The notes beneath the pieces were generated by a model, which saw only the letters and a list, made by a program, of their open reading frames with translations, had not been told where the DNA came from and searched no databases. Positions 17,088-28,055 of a stretch of 48,596 nt of DNA are shown piece by piece. This DNA comes from an uncultured Nitrospinaceae bacterium. GTDB taxonomy: Bacteria; UBA8248. The first letter of the stretch is position 1. The number at the start of each line of letters is the position of its first letter. The translations under genes and the position numbers were made by a program. Location of the stretch: NCBI GenBank assembly GCA_964456425.1, contig CAYWAX010000001.1, forward strand, positions 20,277 through 68,872. Direction: 5' to 3'.

Positions 17088-17897
17088 ATGTCCGACAAAA
17101 TGGTTGATACTGCTTCTCTTGCTGACGTTCAAGCCTCTTCTGATGATAGGAACGTTAAAATTGATAAAGTTGGCGTGAGAAATATTGACTTTCCTATTAT
17201 TGTCCAAGATCGGGATAAAGAGTCACAAAATACCGTTGCAAAGGTAAGTATGTTTGTTGATTTACCTCATCAGCTTAAAGGCACACATATGAGCCGTTTT
17301 ATGGAAATTCTTAATGAGCATGATGGAATAATTGGAGTAGAAAATATTTCTACGGTTTTAGATCGTATGTTAGAAAGATTAGAGGCAAATACTGCTTTTT
17401 TAAATCTATCTTTTCCGTTTTTTATTCATAAAGATGCTCCTGTTACTGGTTCTTCAGGGACTATGGCTTATCAGTGCTCATTTGAAGTTTCAAAAGGGAA
17501 AGTAGATGATTTTTCAATTTCATTAAGAGTTCCAGTTACTACACTTTGTCCGTGTTCGAAAGAAATTAGTGTGAAGGGTGCACATAACCAACGCGGTGAA
17601 GTTATGATTAAAGTTAGATTTAATGATCGTATTTGGATAGAGGAACTAATAGAAATTGCGGAAGATTCCGCAAGTTGCTCGTTATTTCCAGTGTTAAAGA
17701 GGGAAGACGAAAAATATGTTACAGAAAAGGCATTCGATAATCCCCGTTTTGTAGAGGATCTTATTCGCGAAGTCGCTCTTAGATTGAGAAAAGAGTCTCG
17801 AATTGATTCGTTTCGCGTGGAAGTTGAGAATTTTGAGTCTATTCATGCACATAATGCTTACGCGATGATTGAAGAAGATAAATCATCGTCTACTTAA
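17088..17897 (+). CDS. folE2: GTP cyclohydrolase I type 2 (FolE2/MptA family)
   Basis: 269 aa. KGTHMSRF, TTLCPCSKEIS...GAHNQRG, NFESIHAHNAYA are FolE2 signature blocks. Confidence 0.85.
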   Translation: MSDKMVDTASLADVQASSDDRNVKIDKVGVRNIDFPIIVQDRDKESQNTVAKVSMFVDLPHQLKGTHMSRFMEILNEHDGIIGVENISTVLDRMLERLEANTAFLNLSFPFFIHKDAPVTGSSGTMAYQCSFEVSKGKVDDFSISLRVPVTTLCPCSKEISVKGAHNQRGEVMIKVRFNDRIWIEELIEIAEDSASCSLFPVLKREDEKYVTEKAFDNPRFVEDLIREVALRLRKESRIDSFRVEVENFESIHAHNAYAMIEEDKSSST

Positions 17898-17992
17898 CTT
17901 CCTCTAAGTTACAATCTTTTCCTAAGTTATCTATTTAATCAGTTTTTTAAAATTGTTTTACTATTCAATTGTAATTGAGGTTTTTTTATTTA

Positions 17993-20900
17993 ATGGATAA
18001 TAGAAGAAAAAAAAGACTGGAAAATTTGGAAGATACTCTTCGTCAAAGAATTATGATTGTTGACGGGGCTATGGGAACAATGATTCAGTTCCATAAACTT
18101 TCAGAGGAAGATTTCAGAGGAAAAAAATTTGCGACTCATGACTCAGAATTGAAAGGGAATAACGATCTGCTTTCGATTACACAGCCAAAACTGATTCAAT
18201 CTATCCATAGATCCTTTCTAGACGCAGGCGCAGATATTATTGAAACGAATTCTTTCAACTCAACTTCTATCTCAATGGCAGATTACCAGATGGAAGAACT
18301 AGCCTATGAACTGAATTATACGGCAGCTAAAATAGCAAGGCAGGTTGCAGATGAAAAAGAAAAAATTGATTCAAGTGATTTTCGTTATGTAGCGGGAGTG
18401 ATTGGACCAACTAACAGAACTGCTTCTATATCGCCAGATGTGAACGATCCTGCATTTAGAAATATAAGTTTTGATCAACTCGTAGAAGCCTATACAACTT
18501 CTTTAGATGGCCTAATTAAGGGGGGATCCGATTTAATATTAGTTGAGACGGTATTTGACACGCTGAACTGTAAGGCGGCCCTTTTTGCGATTGAAACTTA
18601 CTTTCAAAGAAATATGACGAAACTTCCGGTTATGGTTTCAGGTACAATAACGGATGCCAGTGGTAGAACACTTTCGGGACAAACTACAGAATCTTTTTGG
18701 AATTCTATAGCATCCTATAAACCTTTTTCTGTTGGTTTGAATTGTGCACTGGGGGTTACTCAATTACGAGAATATGTAGAAGAACTGTCTAGAGTTGCTA
18801 ATACAAGAGTAAGTACTTGGCCTAATGCAGGATTACCGAATGAATTAGGCGAGTATGACGATTCTCCTGAATTTATGGCCTCTCATCTTTGTGAATTTGC
18901 TACTTCAGGATTTGTTAATTTTGTTGGTGGATGTTGTGGAACTACGCCTGATCACATAAGAGCTATCTCTGATACTTTATCTTCAATTTCTCCTCGTAAA
19001 ATTCCTGAAATACAAAAACGTTGCCGTTTAAGTGGTTTGGAACCACTTAATATCGGAGAAGAAACAGGATTTGTAAATATTGGCGAGAGAACTAATGTTG
19101 CTGGTTCTGCAAGATTTTCAAAACTTATCTTAACAGAAGAATATGAAAAAGCAGTACAAGTTGCGCTTCAGCAAGTCCAAAATGGTGCTCAGATCATTGA
19201 TATTAATATGGATGAAGGAATGTTGGATTCAGTCAGTGCGATGACTACTTTTTTGAAATTATTAGCTTCAGAGCCTGAAATTTGTAGAGTTCCTTTCATG
19301 ATAGATTCATCAAAATGGGAAGTTATAGAATCTGGTTTGAAGTGTGTTCAAGGGAAACCGATTGTGAATTCGATTAGTCTCAAAGAGGGAGAGGATCCCT
19401 TTATTAAGCAGGCAACACTTGTAAAAAAATACGGAGCTTCTGTTTTAGTGATGGCATTTGATGAGAGTGGACAAGCTGAAACAGCAGAAGAAAAATTGGA
19501 AATTTGCAAAAGAGCATATAAGATTTTAACTGAAAAAGTAGGATTTGAACCAACAGATATTATTTTTGATCCAAATATTTTTGCCGTAGCAACTGGAATT
19601 GATGAGCATAATGATTATGCAAAGGCATTTTTTGAGTCAGTGAGATTAATCAAGAAACAACTACCTGGTTCTTTGGTGAGTGGTGGAGTGAGCAATGTTT
19701 CTTTTTCTTTTAGAGGAAATAACGGCATACGTGAATTTATGCATTCTGCTTTTTTGTATCACGCTATTGAGAATGGGATGGATATGGGAATTGTGAATGC
19801 AGGACAACTCGCAGTTTATGACGATATTCCTAAAGATGTTTTAGAAAAAGTTGAAGATGTTCTTCTAAATAGAAAAAATGATGCTACAGAGAAACTTCTC
19901 GAAATTGCTTCTGAAGTAAAGGGAATGGAAAAAACTAAAGGGAATGACCTTTCTTGGAGAGAAAATTCTGTAGAAGAACGTATTGCTCATGGTCTAGTGA
20001 ACGGCGTTTCTGAGTTTATTGTGGAGGATGCAGAAGAAGCTCGATTAAAGTTTCAAGAACCCATTAAGGTGATCGAAGGTCCTCTGATGGATGGAATGAA
20101 TATTGTCGGAGATTTGTTTGGTTCTGGAAAAATGTTTCTGCCTCAAGTTGTAAAAAGTGCGAGAGTAATGAAGACAGCAGTAGCGCACTTAACTCCATTT
20201 ATCGAAGATAAAAAAGGAGGATCTGGCCTTGGAGAAAAAGGAAAAATTCTTATGGCTACGGTTAAAGGTGATGTACATGATATAGGGAAAAATATTGTTG
20301 GGGTTGTTTTGCAGTGCAATAACTTTGAAGTCATAGATTTAGGGGTAATGGTTTCCTCATCTGAGATTATTAATCAAGCTAAAAAACACGAAGTGCAAGT
20401 TATTGGGCTTAGTGGACTGATTACTCCTTCTCTAGATGAAATGGTGTTCGTCGCTAAAGAAATGGAAAGAATGGGTTTGCAGGTTCCTTTGTTAATTGGT
20501 GGAGCAACAACTTCAAGAGTACATACTGCCATCAAAATATCACCTGAATATACTGGACCTACGGTCTATGTGAAAGATGCATCAAGAAGTGTAAATGTTA
20601 TGAATAATGTAACGAATGAAGATTTAAAGGAAAATTTCTTTAAAGAAATTGCAGATAAACATCAAGAAATTCGTATTAGGAGAGAGAAAAAAGAAACCTC
20701 TTCTAATATTTTATCTTTGAATAATGCGCGCTCAAATAGAATGATGTATGAAATTTCTAATAAAGATATATATAAGCCAAATTTTGTTGGAATAAAAGTT
20801 CTTGAAAATTATCCTATTAAGGATGTTATAGAAAGAATTGATTGGACCCCTTTTTTCTCTGCTTGGGAAATGCGTGGAACCTTTCCTAAAATACTTTCTG

Positions 20901-21688
20901 ATGATTCTTTAGGAGAACAGGCAAAAAATCTTTATGAAGATGCGCAGAAAATTCTCGAATCTATAATAGATAATAAAGAGGTTCAAATGTCTGGAGTTTT
21001 TGGAATTTTTCCAGCTAATTCTGTAGGTGATGATGTTGAAATTTACTCGGATGAAGATAGATTAGAAAGATTAGAAGTTGTTCATTTTTTAAGACAACAA
21101 TTAGATAAAAAAAATAATACCCCTAATTACTGTTTAGCAGATTTTATAGCTACGAAAGAACAAAAAATGGATGATTATATCGGCGCATTTGCTGTCACCG
21201 CAGGACATGGTGTAGATGCTCTAGTTAATAAATATGAATTAAACCATGATGATTATCATTCGATCCTTGTAAAATCGATTACTGATAGGTTAGCAGAAGC
21301 ATTTGCAGAGCACTTGCATGAAAGAGTGAGAAAAGAATTTTGGGGATATTCTTCTAATGAAGATTTTAATAATGAATCTTTAATTAAGGAATCATATATT
21401 GGAATCAGGCCAGCACCTGGTTACCCTGCTTGCCCCGATCATTCAGAAAAAAAGATTTTATTTAGACTATTAGATGTAGAGAAGAATACCAAAATGAAAT
21501 TAACTGAAAGTTGTGCAATTTATCCGGCTGCTTCGGTAGCAGGTTTTTATTTCGGTAGTTCTGAGTCTCAATACTTTGGTATAGGAAAAATTGGTCGCGA
21601 TCAAGTGGAAGATTATGCTATAAGAAAAAATATGGAAAAGAAAGAAGTAGAAAAATGGCTTAGTCCGAGTCTTGACTATAACCCATAA
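17993..21688 (+). CDS. metH: Cobalamin-dependent methionine synthase (Hcy, pterin, B12-cap/B12 and AdoMet-activation domains)
   Basis: GLNCALG and GGCCGTTP Zn ligands, DVHDIGKN (DxHxxG) B12 motif, [11 protein letters not shown]-terminal [12 protein letters not shown]. Start at ATG 17993; the track's TTG at 17975 is a less likely alternative. Confidence 0.95.
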   Translation: MDNRRKKRLENLEDTLRQRIMIVDGAMGTMIQFHKLSEEDFRGKKFATHDSELKGNNDLLSITQPKLIQSIHRSFLDAGADIIETNSFNSTSISMADYQMEELAYELNYTAAKIARQVADEKEKIDSSDFRYVAGVIGPTNRTASISPDVNDPAFRNISFDQLVEAYTTSLDGLIKGGSDLILVETVFDTLNCKAALFAIETYFQRNMTKLPVMVSGTITDASGRTLSGQTTESFWNSIASYKPFSVGLNCALGVTQLREYVEELSRVANTRVSTWPNAGLPNELGEYDDSPEFMASHLCEFATSGFVNFVGGCCGTTPDHIRAISDTLSSISPRKIPEIQKRCRLSGLEPLNIGEETGFVNIGERTNVAGSARFSKLILTEEYEKAVQVALQQVQNGAQIIDINMDEGMLDSVSAMTTFLKLLASEPEICRVPFMIDSSKWEVIESGLKCVQGKPIVNSISLKEGEDPFIKQATLVKKYGASVLVMAFDESGQAETAEEKLEICKRAYKILTEKVGFEPTDIIFDPNIFAVATGIDEHNDYAKAFFESVRLIKKQLPGSLVSGGVSNVSFSFRGNNGIREFMHSAFLYHAIENGMDMGIVNAGQLAVYDDIPKDVLEKVEDVLLNRKNDATEKLLEIASEVKGMEKTKGNDLSWRENSVEERIAHGLVNGVSEFIVEDAEEARLKFQEPIKVIEGPLMDGMNIVGDLFGSGKMFLPQVVKSARVMKTAVAHLTPFIEDKKGGSGLGEKGKILMATVKGDVHDIGKNIVGVVLQCNNFEVIDLGVMVSSSEIINQAKKHEVQVIGLSGLITPSLDEMVFVAKEMERMGLQVPLLIGGATTSRVHTAIKISPEYTGPTVYVKDASRSVNVMNNVTNEDLKENFFKEIADKHQEIRIRREKKETSSNILSLNNARSNRMMYEISNKDIYKPNFVGIKVLENYPIKDVIERIDWTPFFSAWEMRGTFPKILSDDSLGEQAKNLYEDAQKILESIIDNKEVQMSGVFGIFPANSVGDDVEIYSDEDRLERLEVVHFLRQQLDKKNNTPNYCLADFIATKEQKMDDYIGAFAVTAGHGVDALVNKYELNHDDYHSILVKSITDRLAEAFAEHLHERVRKEFWGYSSNEDFNNESLIKESYIGIRPAPGYPACPDHSEKKILFRLLDVEKNTKMKLTESCAIYPAASVAGFYFGSSESQYFGIGKIGRDQVEDYAIRKNMEKKEVEKWLSPSLDYNP

Positions 21689-21707
21689 TTTCTAGAAAGG
21701 ATTCTTT

Positions 21708-22427
21708 GTGGATAATGCAATTTCGGCAACTTGGTATGATCTACCTGAAAAAGGAAGAGATGATTATATTTCTTGGTTGCATGAGGTGCATATCCCCAAA
21801 ATTTTAAAAAGAAATGGTTATTTATGGGCTACACACATTAAGAATATCTGGAATGAAGATAGGGAAAAAGAGAAAAAAAGAATTTTAGTACATACAGACG
21901 ATACAGGTGTTCCTGAAGGTAATGATTATTTAATACTTTTTGGCGCAGAAATGCCTATTACGTTTTTCAGTCCATCTTCATCTCAATTAGAAGAGACTCA
22001 ATCTCTTGAAGAAAAAGAGATGTTAGGACGTAGAATTGGTGAACGGTGTTGTATTTTTATGGTGCAAGATCGTATAGAAGGACTAGAATCATCTTCTAGA
22101 AGTCCTGGTATTACTCCCGGTCCTGCGATTCAGATAGGGACTTTTAATGTCAATTCCCTTAAGAATGAAGAAGAACTTAGTTCCTGGTATGCACAGGTTC
22201 GTATGCCGCGTCTTAAAAAAATGGAGGGCTGTGTGGGTGCGCGGTTGTTAGTTTCGGTTTCAGGATGGCCAAAACATGGAATTATGTATGAGTGGAAAAG
22301 TGTAGAATCTCTTTTAGATAATTTCACTACGGAAACTATTGAACGTTCTCGAAATGCCGTAAAAAGTTTGATCCATTCCCCAGGTTCTCCTACACTCGGT
22401 GAAAGAATTTGGCCTCTCTCCCAATAA
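21708..22427 (+). CDS. Hypothetical protein with two similar ~115-aa halves
   Basis: 239 aa, GTG start 19 nt after metH with an AAAGGA RBS. The halves ATWYDLPEKGRDDYISWLHEVHIPKILKRNG and GTFNVNSLKNEEELSSWYAQVRMPRLKKMEG look like a duplicated small alpha+beta module. No family recognised with confidence. Confidence 0.55.
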   Translation: MDNAISATWYDLPEKGRDDYISWLHEVHIPKILKRNGYLWATHIKNIWNEDREKEKKRILVHTDDTGVPEGNDYLILFGAEMPITFFSPSSSQLEETQSLEEKEMLGRRIGERCCIFMVQDRIEGLESSSRSPGITPGPAIQIGTFNVNSLKNEEELSSWYAQVRMPRLKKMEGCVGARLLVSVSGWPKHGIMYEWKSVESLLDNFTTETIERSRNAVKSLIHSPGSPTLGERIWPLSQ

Positions 22428-22575
22428 AATTTCTAGTAAATTCATAGATTTTTTCAACGTTTTCCTTGTGGTAAATCTATTAATATTTTATGGTCTTTAG
22501 TATGAATCAATCTATATAAATTTTTGGGCCTATAAATCAGTTGTATTTTGTTACTTTTTAATTAGGGTCTTTTTA

Positions 22576-23079
22576 ATGAACAGAAAAGATTTGACTGTCG
22601 GAATAATCTTTTTTTTATTCAGTTTGATTTATTTTTTTTATTTGATTCCTACTCAGATAATATCTTCTTTCGCTCAAACTGAGTTTGCTGGACGTATTTT
22701 TCTACCTGAAACTTTTCCTCAAATTACAATTTGTATTTTCGGATTTGTTAGCCTACTTTTAGTAGCGGACACTCTTAGAAACAAAGTAGAGGAGAAGTCT
22801 ACTCCTTCTTTAAACAAACGACCTTTTTTTCAATCAGTCATCGTTTTTTTAGCTTCTATGGTTTACGTATATCTTTTGGAGTGGTTAGGGTTTCACTTAA
22901 GTTCTCCTTTTTTCTTGGCTTTTTTAATATTTTTCTATGGAACAAGGAATTGGAGAATAATAGTTCCAGTTGCTCTTCTTGTCCCAATCTCAATAGAACG
23001 TTTTTTTTGGATTTCCTTTAAAGTAATGCTTCCTGAAGGTGAGTTGATTAATCAATTGTTAGGGTACATAAAAGGATAA
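22576..23079 (+). CDS. tctB: Tripartite tricarboxylate transporter small membrane subunit TctB
   Basis: 167 aa, 4 hydrophobic spans, immediately upstream of tctA (3-nt spacer). Confidence 0.7.
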   Translation: MNRKDLTVGIIFFLFSLIYFFYLIPTQIISSFAQTEFAGRIFLPETFPQITICIFGFVSLLLVADTLRNKVEEKSTPSLNKRPFFQSVIVFLASMVYVYLLEWLGFHLSSPFFLAFLIFFYGTRNWRIIVPVALLVPISIERFFWISFKVMLPEGELINQLLGYIKG

Positions 23080-23081
23080 TT

Positions 23082-24587
23082 TTGATGGAACAGATTTTTG
23101 ATGCAATAGTACAAGCTATAACTCTTCAAGCTCTTGGTATGGTTGCTCTTGGAGTTTTTGCAGGTATTACAGTGGGTGCTATACCTGGATTAACAAGTGT
23201 AATGGCTATCGCTGTTTTAGTCCCTTTTTCTTTTTTCATGACGCCGATTAATGGAATACCTTTTCTTTTAGGAATTCATAAAGGAGCACTTTTTGGCGGT
23301 TCAATACCTGCAATTTTGATAAATACTCCAGGCACAGCAGCAGCTGCTGCTACTACTCTAGATGGGTATCCTTTAGCTCAAAAAGGTGAGGCAAAGAGCG
23401 CTATTCAAATGGCACTTTATTCCTCCACCTTAGGAGATACTTTTAGTGATATTGTTTTAATTTTAGCTGCATTTCCTCTTGCAGCAGTCGCATTGCTATT
23501 CGGTCCCACAGAATTCTTTGCATTGATGGTTCTTGGTCTTACTATTATTTCAGCAGTTACAGGATCTTCAGTTTTAAAGGGCCTTCTTTCTATGCTCATA
23601 GGAATTTTGATTGGTCTTGTTGGTCAGGATATTATTTCGGGTTCTGAACGTTTTACATTTGGAATTGCAAATATAGCAGATAGTGTTGGAATAGTTCCGA
23701 TGTTGATCGGACTTTTTGCTATTAGTGAAGTTTTGATTCAGTCTGAGAAAAAAATTGTTGAACTTGCTAATCCGCCAGAATCTTCTCACTTGAAAGGGGG
23801 AAGATCACTAAAGTGGATTGAATTATTTCAAGCAAAATGGGCAATACTTCGTTCGTCTTGCATTGGAACTGCTATTGGAGCGATACCTGGAACAGGCGCT
23901 GCAATTGCCACATTTATTAGTTACGCTCTCGCTAAACGTTCGTCGAAACGTCCTGAAGAATATGGAAAGGGGAGTTATGAAGGAGTTGCTGCTGCAGAAG
24001 CATCGAACAGTGCGGTTGCCGGCGCAGATTTAATTCCGACTTTGACTTTTGGTATTCCAGGAAGTGCTTCAGCAGCTATTCTAATGGGTGCATTTATGGC
24101 GCAGGGATTACGTCCTGGCCCTGAACTTTTTGAAGAACAAGCTTCAACTATGTATGGTATTTTTGCTCTTCTTCTGGTTGGAAATCCTATTATGCTTCTT
24201 CAAGGGAAACTTCTTACTGGATTGTTTGCGAGGTTAGTAACCATTCGGAAATCAGTTTTGGTCCCAATAATTCTTTTGCTTTGTGTAGTAGGTGGCTTCA
24301 TTTATCAGAACAATATTGAGGATGTAAAACTTGCCTTATTTTTTGGTATTTGTGGATATGGTCTTCGTAAGTTAAAATTCCCTCTTGCTCCTCTTGTTAT
24401 TGCATTTATTCTTACTGAAACTGCCGAAGAGTCTATGAAGCAAGCTTTATTACTCTCCGATGGTGATTATTTCGTATTTTTAACTAAAATGGCTGGGGGT
24501 TTTCCTGTCTCAGGATTTTTAATTTTACTTAGTGTTTTCTTATTAGGAATGGCTATTTGGAAGAAGCCATGGGCTGAAGCTGAATAA
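23082..24587 (+). CDS. tctA: Tripartite tricarboxylate transporter large permease TctA
   Basis: 501 aa polytopic. GAIPGLTSVMAIAVLVP and GAIPGTGAAIATFISY repeated TctA motifs. An ATG lies one codon after the TTG. Confidence 0.9.
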   Translation: MMEQIFDAIVQAITLQALGMVALGVFAGITVGAIPGLTSVMAIAVLVPFSFFMTPINGIPFLLGIHKGALFGGSIPAILINTPGTAAAAATTLDGYPLAQKGEAKSAIQMALYSSTLGDTFSDIVLILAAFPLAAVALLFGPTEFFALMVLGLTIISAVTGSSVLKGLLSMLIGILIGLVGQDIISGSERFTFGIANIADSVGIVPMLIGLFAISEVLIQSEKKIVELANPPESSHLKGGRSLKWIELFQAKWAILRSSCIGTAIGAIPGTGAAIATFISYALAKRSSKRPEEYGKGSYEGVAAAEASNSAVAGADLIPTLTFGIPGSASAAILMGAFMAQGLRPGPELFEEQASTMYGIFALLLVGNPIMLLQGKLLTGLFARLVTIRKSVLVPIILLLCVVGGFIYQNNIEDVKLALFFGICGYGLRKLKFPLAPLVIAFILTETAEESMKQALLLSDGDYFVFLTKMAGGFPVSGFLILLSVFLLGMAIWKKPWAEAE

Positions 24588-24620
24588 GCCAAATTTGCTA
24601 CCATTCATAAGGAGAAAGGT

Positions 24621-25607
24621 ATGTATAAGAGTAAAGTTTTTATTTATTTAAGCACACTGGTTCTTGCTGTTCTTTTTACACTGGTTGGAAGTGCAGATGC
24701 TAAATATCCAAATAAGCCAATTAAGGTTATTTTAGCAACTGGTGCAGGAGGCTCACACGATATGCATTGTCGTGCTGTTGCAAGTGTAATCCACGAACAC
24801 CTTGGACAACCTTTTTTGTGTACAGTTCGAGGAGGAGGTGGTGGTAAAATTGGAATGACTGCACTAAAGCGATCAAAACCCGATGGATATACTATAGCAC
24901 TTGGTTCAGGTTCACATTTTGCAATAGCTCCTCATGCAAGAAATATGGGTTTTGACCCGAAGACTGATTTTATTCCATTCTTTCAAGTTAATTACGCTCC
25001 ATTTTTACTTGTAGTTAGATCTGAAAAACCTTGGAAAAATTTACAGGATCTACTTGATGACGCTAAGAAACGTCCTGGTAAGATTTCTATATCCTCAAAT
25101 GGTGCATGGGGTTCTAGTCACTTGGGAATTTTACAGATGATGAGAGCTAAGAATGTTAAATTTAAGCATGTTCCCTTTAGAGGTGGAGGTAAAGCTTGGC
25201 AAGCAATGTGGGGTGGTCATGTTGACGCTGGTTGGGCTAATGTTACAACTGGTGGAACTTTAAGTAGAGTAAAAAGAGGACAGTTAAGACTGCTTGCTAC
25301 TGCTTCAGAAGAACGTATGAAAGAATTTGGAAAAAAATATCCAACCTTTCGAGAATTGGGTGTAGATTATATTTATAAATCTTGGAGAGTTTTTATGGCT
25401 CCTAAAGGAACTCCTAATGATCGAATTGAAGTTTTGAAGACTGCTTTGCATAAAGCTTCTAAGAGTAAGACCTTGAAAAAGTTGATAAAGCGTTTTGGGG
25501 AAAGTCTTGCTCCATTATCTGGTCCAGCTTTGAGAAAAGCATATGACAGTGAAATTGATTTTTATGGAAATCTATTTAAGAAAATGGGTTACAAGAAAAA
25601 GAAATAG
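24621..25607 (+). CDS. tctC: Tripartite tricarboxylate transporter substrate-binding protein TctC (Bug family)
   Basis: 328 aa. Signal peptide, then YPNKPIKVIL...GGGG...PDGYT...HVPFRGGG, typical of Bug/TctC receptors. Confidence 0.85.
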   Translation: MYKSKVFIYLSTLVLAVLFTLVGSADAKYPNKPIKVILATGAGGSHDMHCRAVASVIHEHLGQPFLCTVRGGGGGKIGMTALKRSKPDGYTIALGSGSHFAIAPHARNMGFDPKTDFIPFFQVNYAPFLLVVRSEKPWKNLQDLLDDAKKRPGKISISSNGAWGSSHLGILQMMRAKNVKFKHVPFRGGGKAWQAMWGGHVDAGWANVTTGGTLSRVKRGQLRLLATASEERMKEFGKKYPTFRELGVDYIYKSWRVFMAPKGTPNDRIEVLKTALHKASKSKTLKKLIKRFGESLAPLSGPALRKAYDSEIDFYGNLFKKMGYKKKK

Positions 25608-25631
25608 TTAGAAATTATTACGCAATAATTT

Positions 25632-25667
25632 TGGGGCGGGATTTATTCTCGCCCCATTTAATTATTT
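25632..25667 (+). terminator. Rho-independent terminator after tctC
   Basis: TGGGGCGGG-ATTTATT-CTCGCCCCA (9-bp GC-rich stem) followed by TTTAATTATTT. Confidence 0.65.
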
Positions 25668-25806
25668 ATAGTTAATTTTCAATAATTTTTTCAAAATCAT
25701 ATCTGCTTCTAATTAAAAATTTCTAAATGTGTTGAATAAAAGTCCTTTTTTCTTTAGTGTACCGTCTTTATTTTTGAAACGGTTTTTTTTTTGCGTTAGA
25801 ATCGTG

Positions 25807-25842
25807 AAAAAGATAAAATTAATTAGAAAATTTTATCTTTTT
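25807..25842. repeat. Perfect 14-bp AT-rich inverted repeat (AAAAAGATAAAATT / AATTTTATCTTTTT, 8-nt spacer)
   Basis: Read directly from the sequence. It lies about 30 nt upstream of tRNA-Leu in the tctC/tRNA-Leu spacer. Confidence 0.5.
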
Positions 25843-25873
25843 AAAAAATAGATTTGAATTATGTTTAAAATGT

Positions 25874-25958
<85 letters not shown>

Positions 25959-26017
25959 AATAAACAAATTTTTCTTGTTATTGATTTTAAATAATTATCT
26001 GTTTTTGGGGAAAATTA

Positions 26018-27367
26018 ATGTCAGAAATTACAATTAACGATGTTAGTGATTGTACAAAGAAGCTTGAGGCGGGAATACCTAAAGAGGAAGTTTCTAATGC
26101 GATTGAGAAAGCATTTTTAAATTTATCTGGAAGAGCAAATATAAAGGGATTTAGAAAAGGGAAAGTTCCTCGGAAAGTTTTAGAGCGTTACTACGGCGAA
26201 GAACTTAGAGCGGAAGTCTATACTAATTTAATTTCAGATTCATTTACAAATATTTTGAGCGAAAAGGGTATGAGACCTGTAGGTGAACCGAATGTTACTG
26301 ATATAAATATGAATGATGATTCTAAAGAATTGACTTACAAGGCTACTTTAGAGGTTATTCCACCAATTGACTTAAAAGATTATAAAGGAATAGAGGTAAA
26401 TATTCATAGTCATCCAGTAACCGAAGAAATAATTGATGAAAATATTAAGCGATTATTATATCAATCTGCAACTTATGAAGACGTAGATAGAGTTGCAGAA
26501 ACTGGTGATTATGTTGTTTTTGATATAGAGGCATTTAAAGATGGAGAATCTGTTCCTGGTACTAAAGGTGAAAATCAATCTCTTATTTTAGGCGAGACTC
26601 AGAATGAAAAGCTTTTAGATGAGTCTGTACTTGGAATGAAAATAGGAGGGGAGAAAGAAATAGATTTCCAACCTCCAGGAAGTACTAGTGAAGATTTGGA
26701 TGAGCAAAAATTTATTTTTAAATTAAATTTAAAAAGTGTGAAAAAACCTAACTTACCTAATCTAGATGACGATTTTGTGATTTCTCTTGGTAGTGAGATG
26801 AAAACTGTGGATGATCTTCGAAAACAAGTTAATCAAGATTTAAAAATGTCAGAAGAGCAGCAAAACAGACAGCAGGGAATAACAAAATTAATTGAAAAGC
26901 TGATTGAAAATCACCCCTTTGAAGTTCCTCCTACTCTGGTTAGGAATGAGGTAGAGGGTAAGATGAAAGAAGTAGAAAGACGTTATAGAACTGAAAACCC
27001 TGAAATTGAAATAGGCGAAAATCAAAGAGAAGAATTACGTTTAAAACTAAAACCTGAAGCTGAGAAGCGAGTACAAGAATTAATACTCATAAATCGTATA
27101 AGAGAAGCTGAGAAAATTAGCATTAGTCCAGAAGAGATAGATTTGCATATTCAAGAAACTGCTCAAAGATATGGTATGGAAGTAGAAAAATTAAAAAAAC
27201 GTATGGCTATGACTGGTTCTATAGAATCTCTTATTTCTAATCTTAATTTTAATAAAACGATTAATTGGTTGTATGATGAGGCTAAAATTGAGGTTGAAAT
27301 CCATAATATCAATGATCATTCTCACTCTGACGAACATGAAGAGAACGATCAAATAGAGGAAGGATAA
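26018..27367 (+). CDS. tig: Trigger factor (ribosome-associated PPIase chaperone)
   Basis: 449 aa. [17 protein letters not shown] ribosome-binding signature. tig-clpP-clpX synteny. Acidic/His-rich C-terminal tail. Confidence 0.9.
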   Translation: MSEITINDVSDCTKKLEAGIPKEEVSNAIEKAFLNLSGRANIKGFRKGKVPRKVLERYYGEELRAEVYTNLISDSFTNILSEKGMRPVGEPNVTDINMNDDSKELTYKATLEVIPPIDLKDYKGIEVNIHSHPVTEEIIDENIKRLLYQSATYEDVDRVAETGDYVVFDIEAFKDGESVPGTKGENQSLILGETQNEKLLDESVLGMKIGGEKEIDFQPPGSTSEDLDEQKFIFKLNLKSVKKPNLPNLDDDFVISLGSEMKTVDDLRKQVNQDLKMSEEQQNRQQGITKLIEKLIENHPFEVPPTLVRNEVEGKMKEVERRYRTENPEIEIGENQREELRLKLKPEAEKRVQELILINRIREAEKISISPEEIDLHIQETAQRYGMEVEKLKKRMAMTGSIESLISNLNFNKTINWLYDEAKIEVEIHNINDHSHSDEHEENDQIEEG

Positions 27368-27371
27368 AAAA

Positions 27372-28013
27372 GTGGCTCTTATACCTATGGTAGTAGAACA
27401 AACAAATAGAGGTGAACGTGCCTATGACATTTATAGTCGTCTTCTAAAAGAGAGGATTATTTTTCTAGGAACTCCTATAGATGATCAGATTGCAAATCTT
27501 GTTACTGCACAGTTGTTGCATTTAGAGGCAGAAGAACCTGATCGAGAAATCTCTATTTATATTAATAGTCCTGGTGGTTCGGTCACGGCCGGTTTAGGTA
27601 TTTATGATACTATGCAGTATATAAATTCCCCTGTATCGACGATCTGTGTTGGTCAGGCCGCTAGTATGGGAGCTCTTCTCTTAACGGCTGGTTCAACCGG
27701 TAAACGTTATGCACTTCCAAACTCTCGTATTTTGATCCATCAACCCTTGGGTGGAGTACAAGGACAAGCATCTGACATTGATATACAGGCACGAGAAATA
27801 TTAAGGATGCGTGAGAAACTCAACAAAATACTATCTCAGAAAACAGGCCAAACATTAAAGACAATAGAAAAAGATACTGATAGAGACAATTTTATGTCTG
27901 CAGATGAAGCAAAGTCTTATGGGATAATTGATGAAGTGATAGAATCAAGAAGTGATCAACCATCTAATATTTCAAAATCAAAATCTGGAAAAAAAGATAA
28001 AAATGTCGAATAA
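27372..28013 (+). CDS. clpP: ATP-dependent Clp protease proteolytic subunit ClpP
   Basis: [34 protein letters not shown] (active-site Ser), IHQPLGG (His). GTG start. Confidence 0.95.
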   Translation: MALIPMVVEQTNRGERAYDIYSRLLKERIIFLGTPIDDQIANLVTAQLLHLEAEEPDREISIYINSPGGSVTAGLGIYDTMQYINSPVSTICVGQAASMGALLLTAGSTGKRYALPNSRILIHQPLGGVQGQASDIDIQAREILRMREKLNKILSQKTGQTLKTIEKDTDRDNFMSADEAKSYGIIDEVIESRSDQPSNISKSKSGKKDKNVE

Positions 28014-28055
28014 TATCCTTGAAAGTTTTATATTAAATTTTGAAAGAGTCTACTA

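Noticed and set aside
17917-17930. 14-mer TTTTCCTAAGTTAT shared by the metH upstream region (17917-17930) and the 6S RNA upstream region (36811-36824), each followed by CTATTT.
   Set aside because: In about 97 kb of two-strand AT-rich sequence, several 14-mer coincidences are expected by chance. The related 8-mer TAAGTTAT also occurs inside coding sequence. I cannot show enrichment without a genome-wide count.
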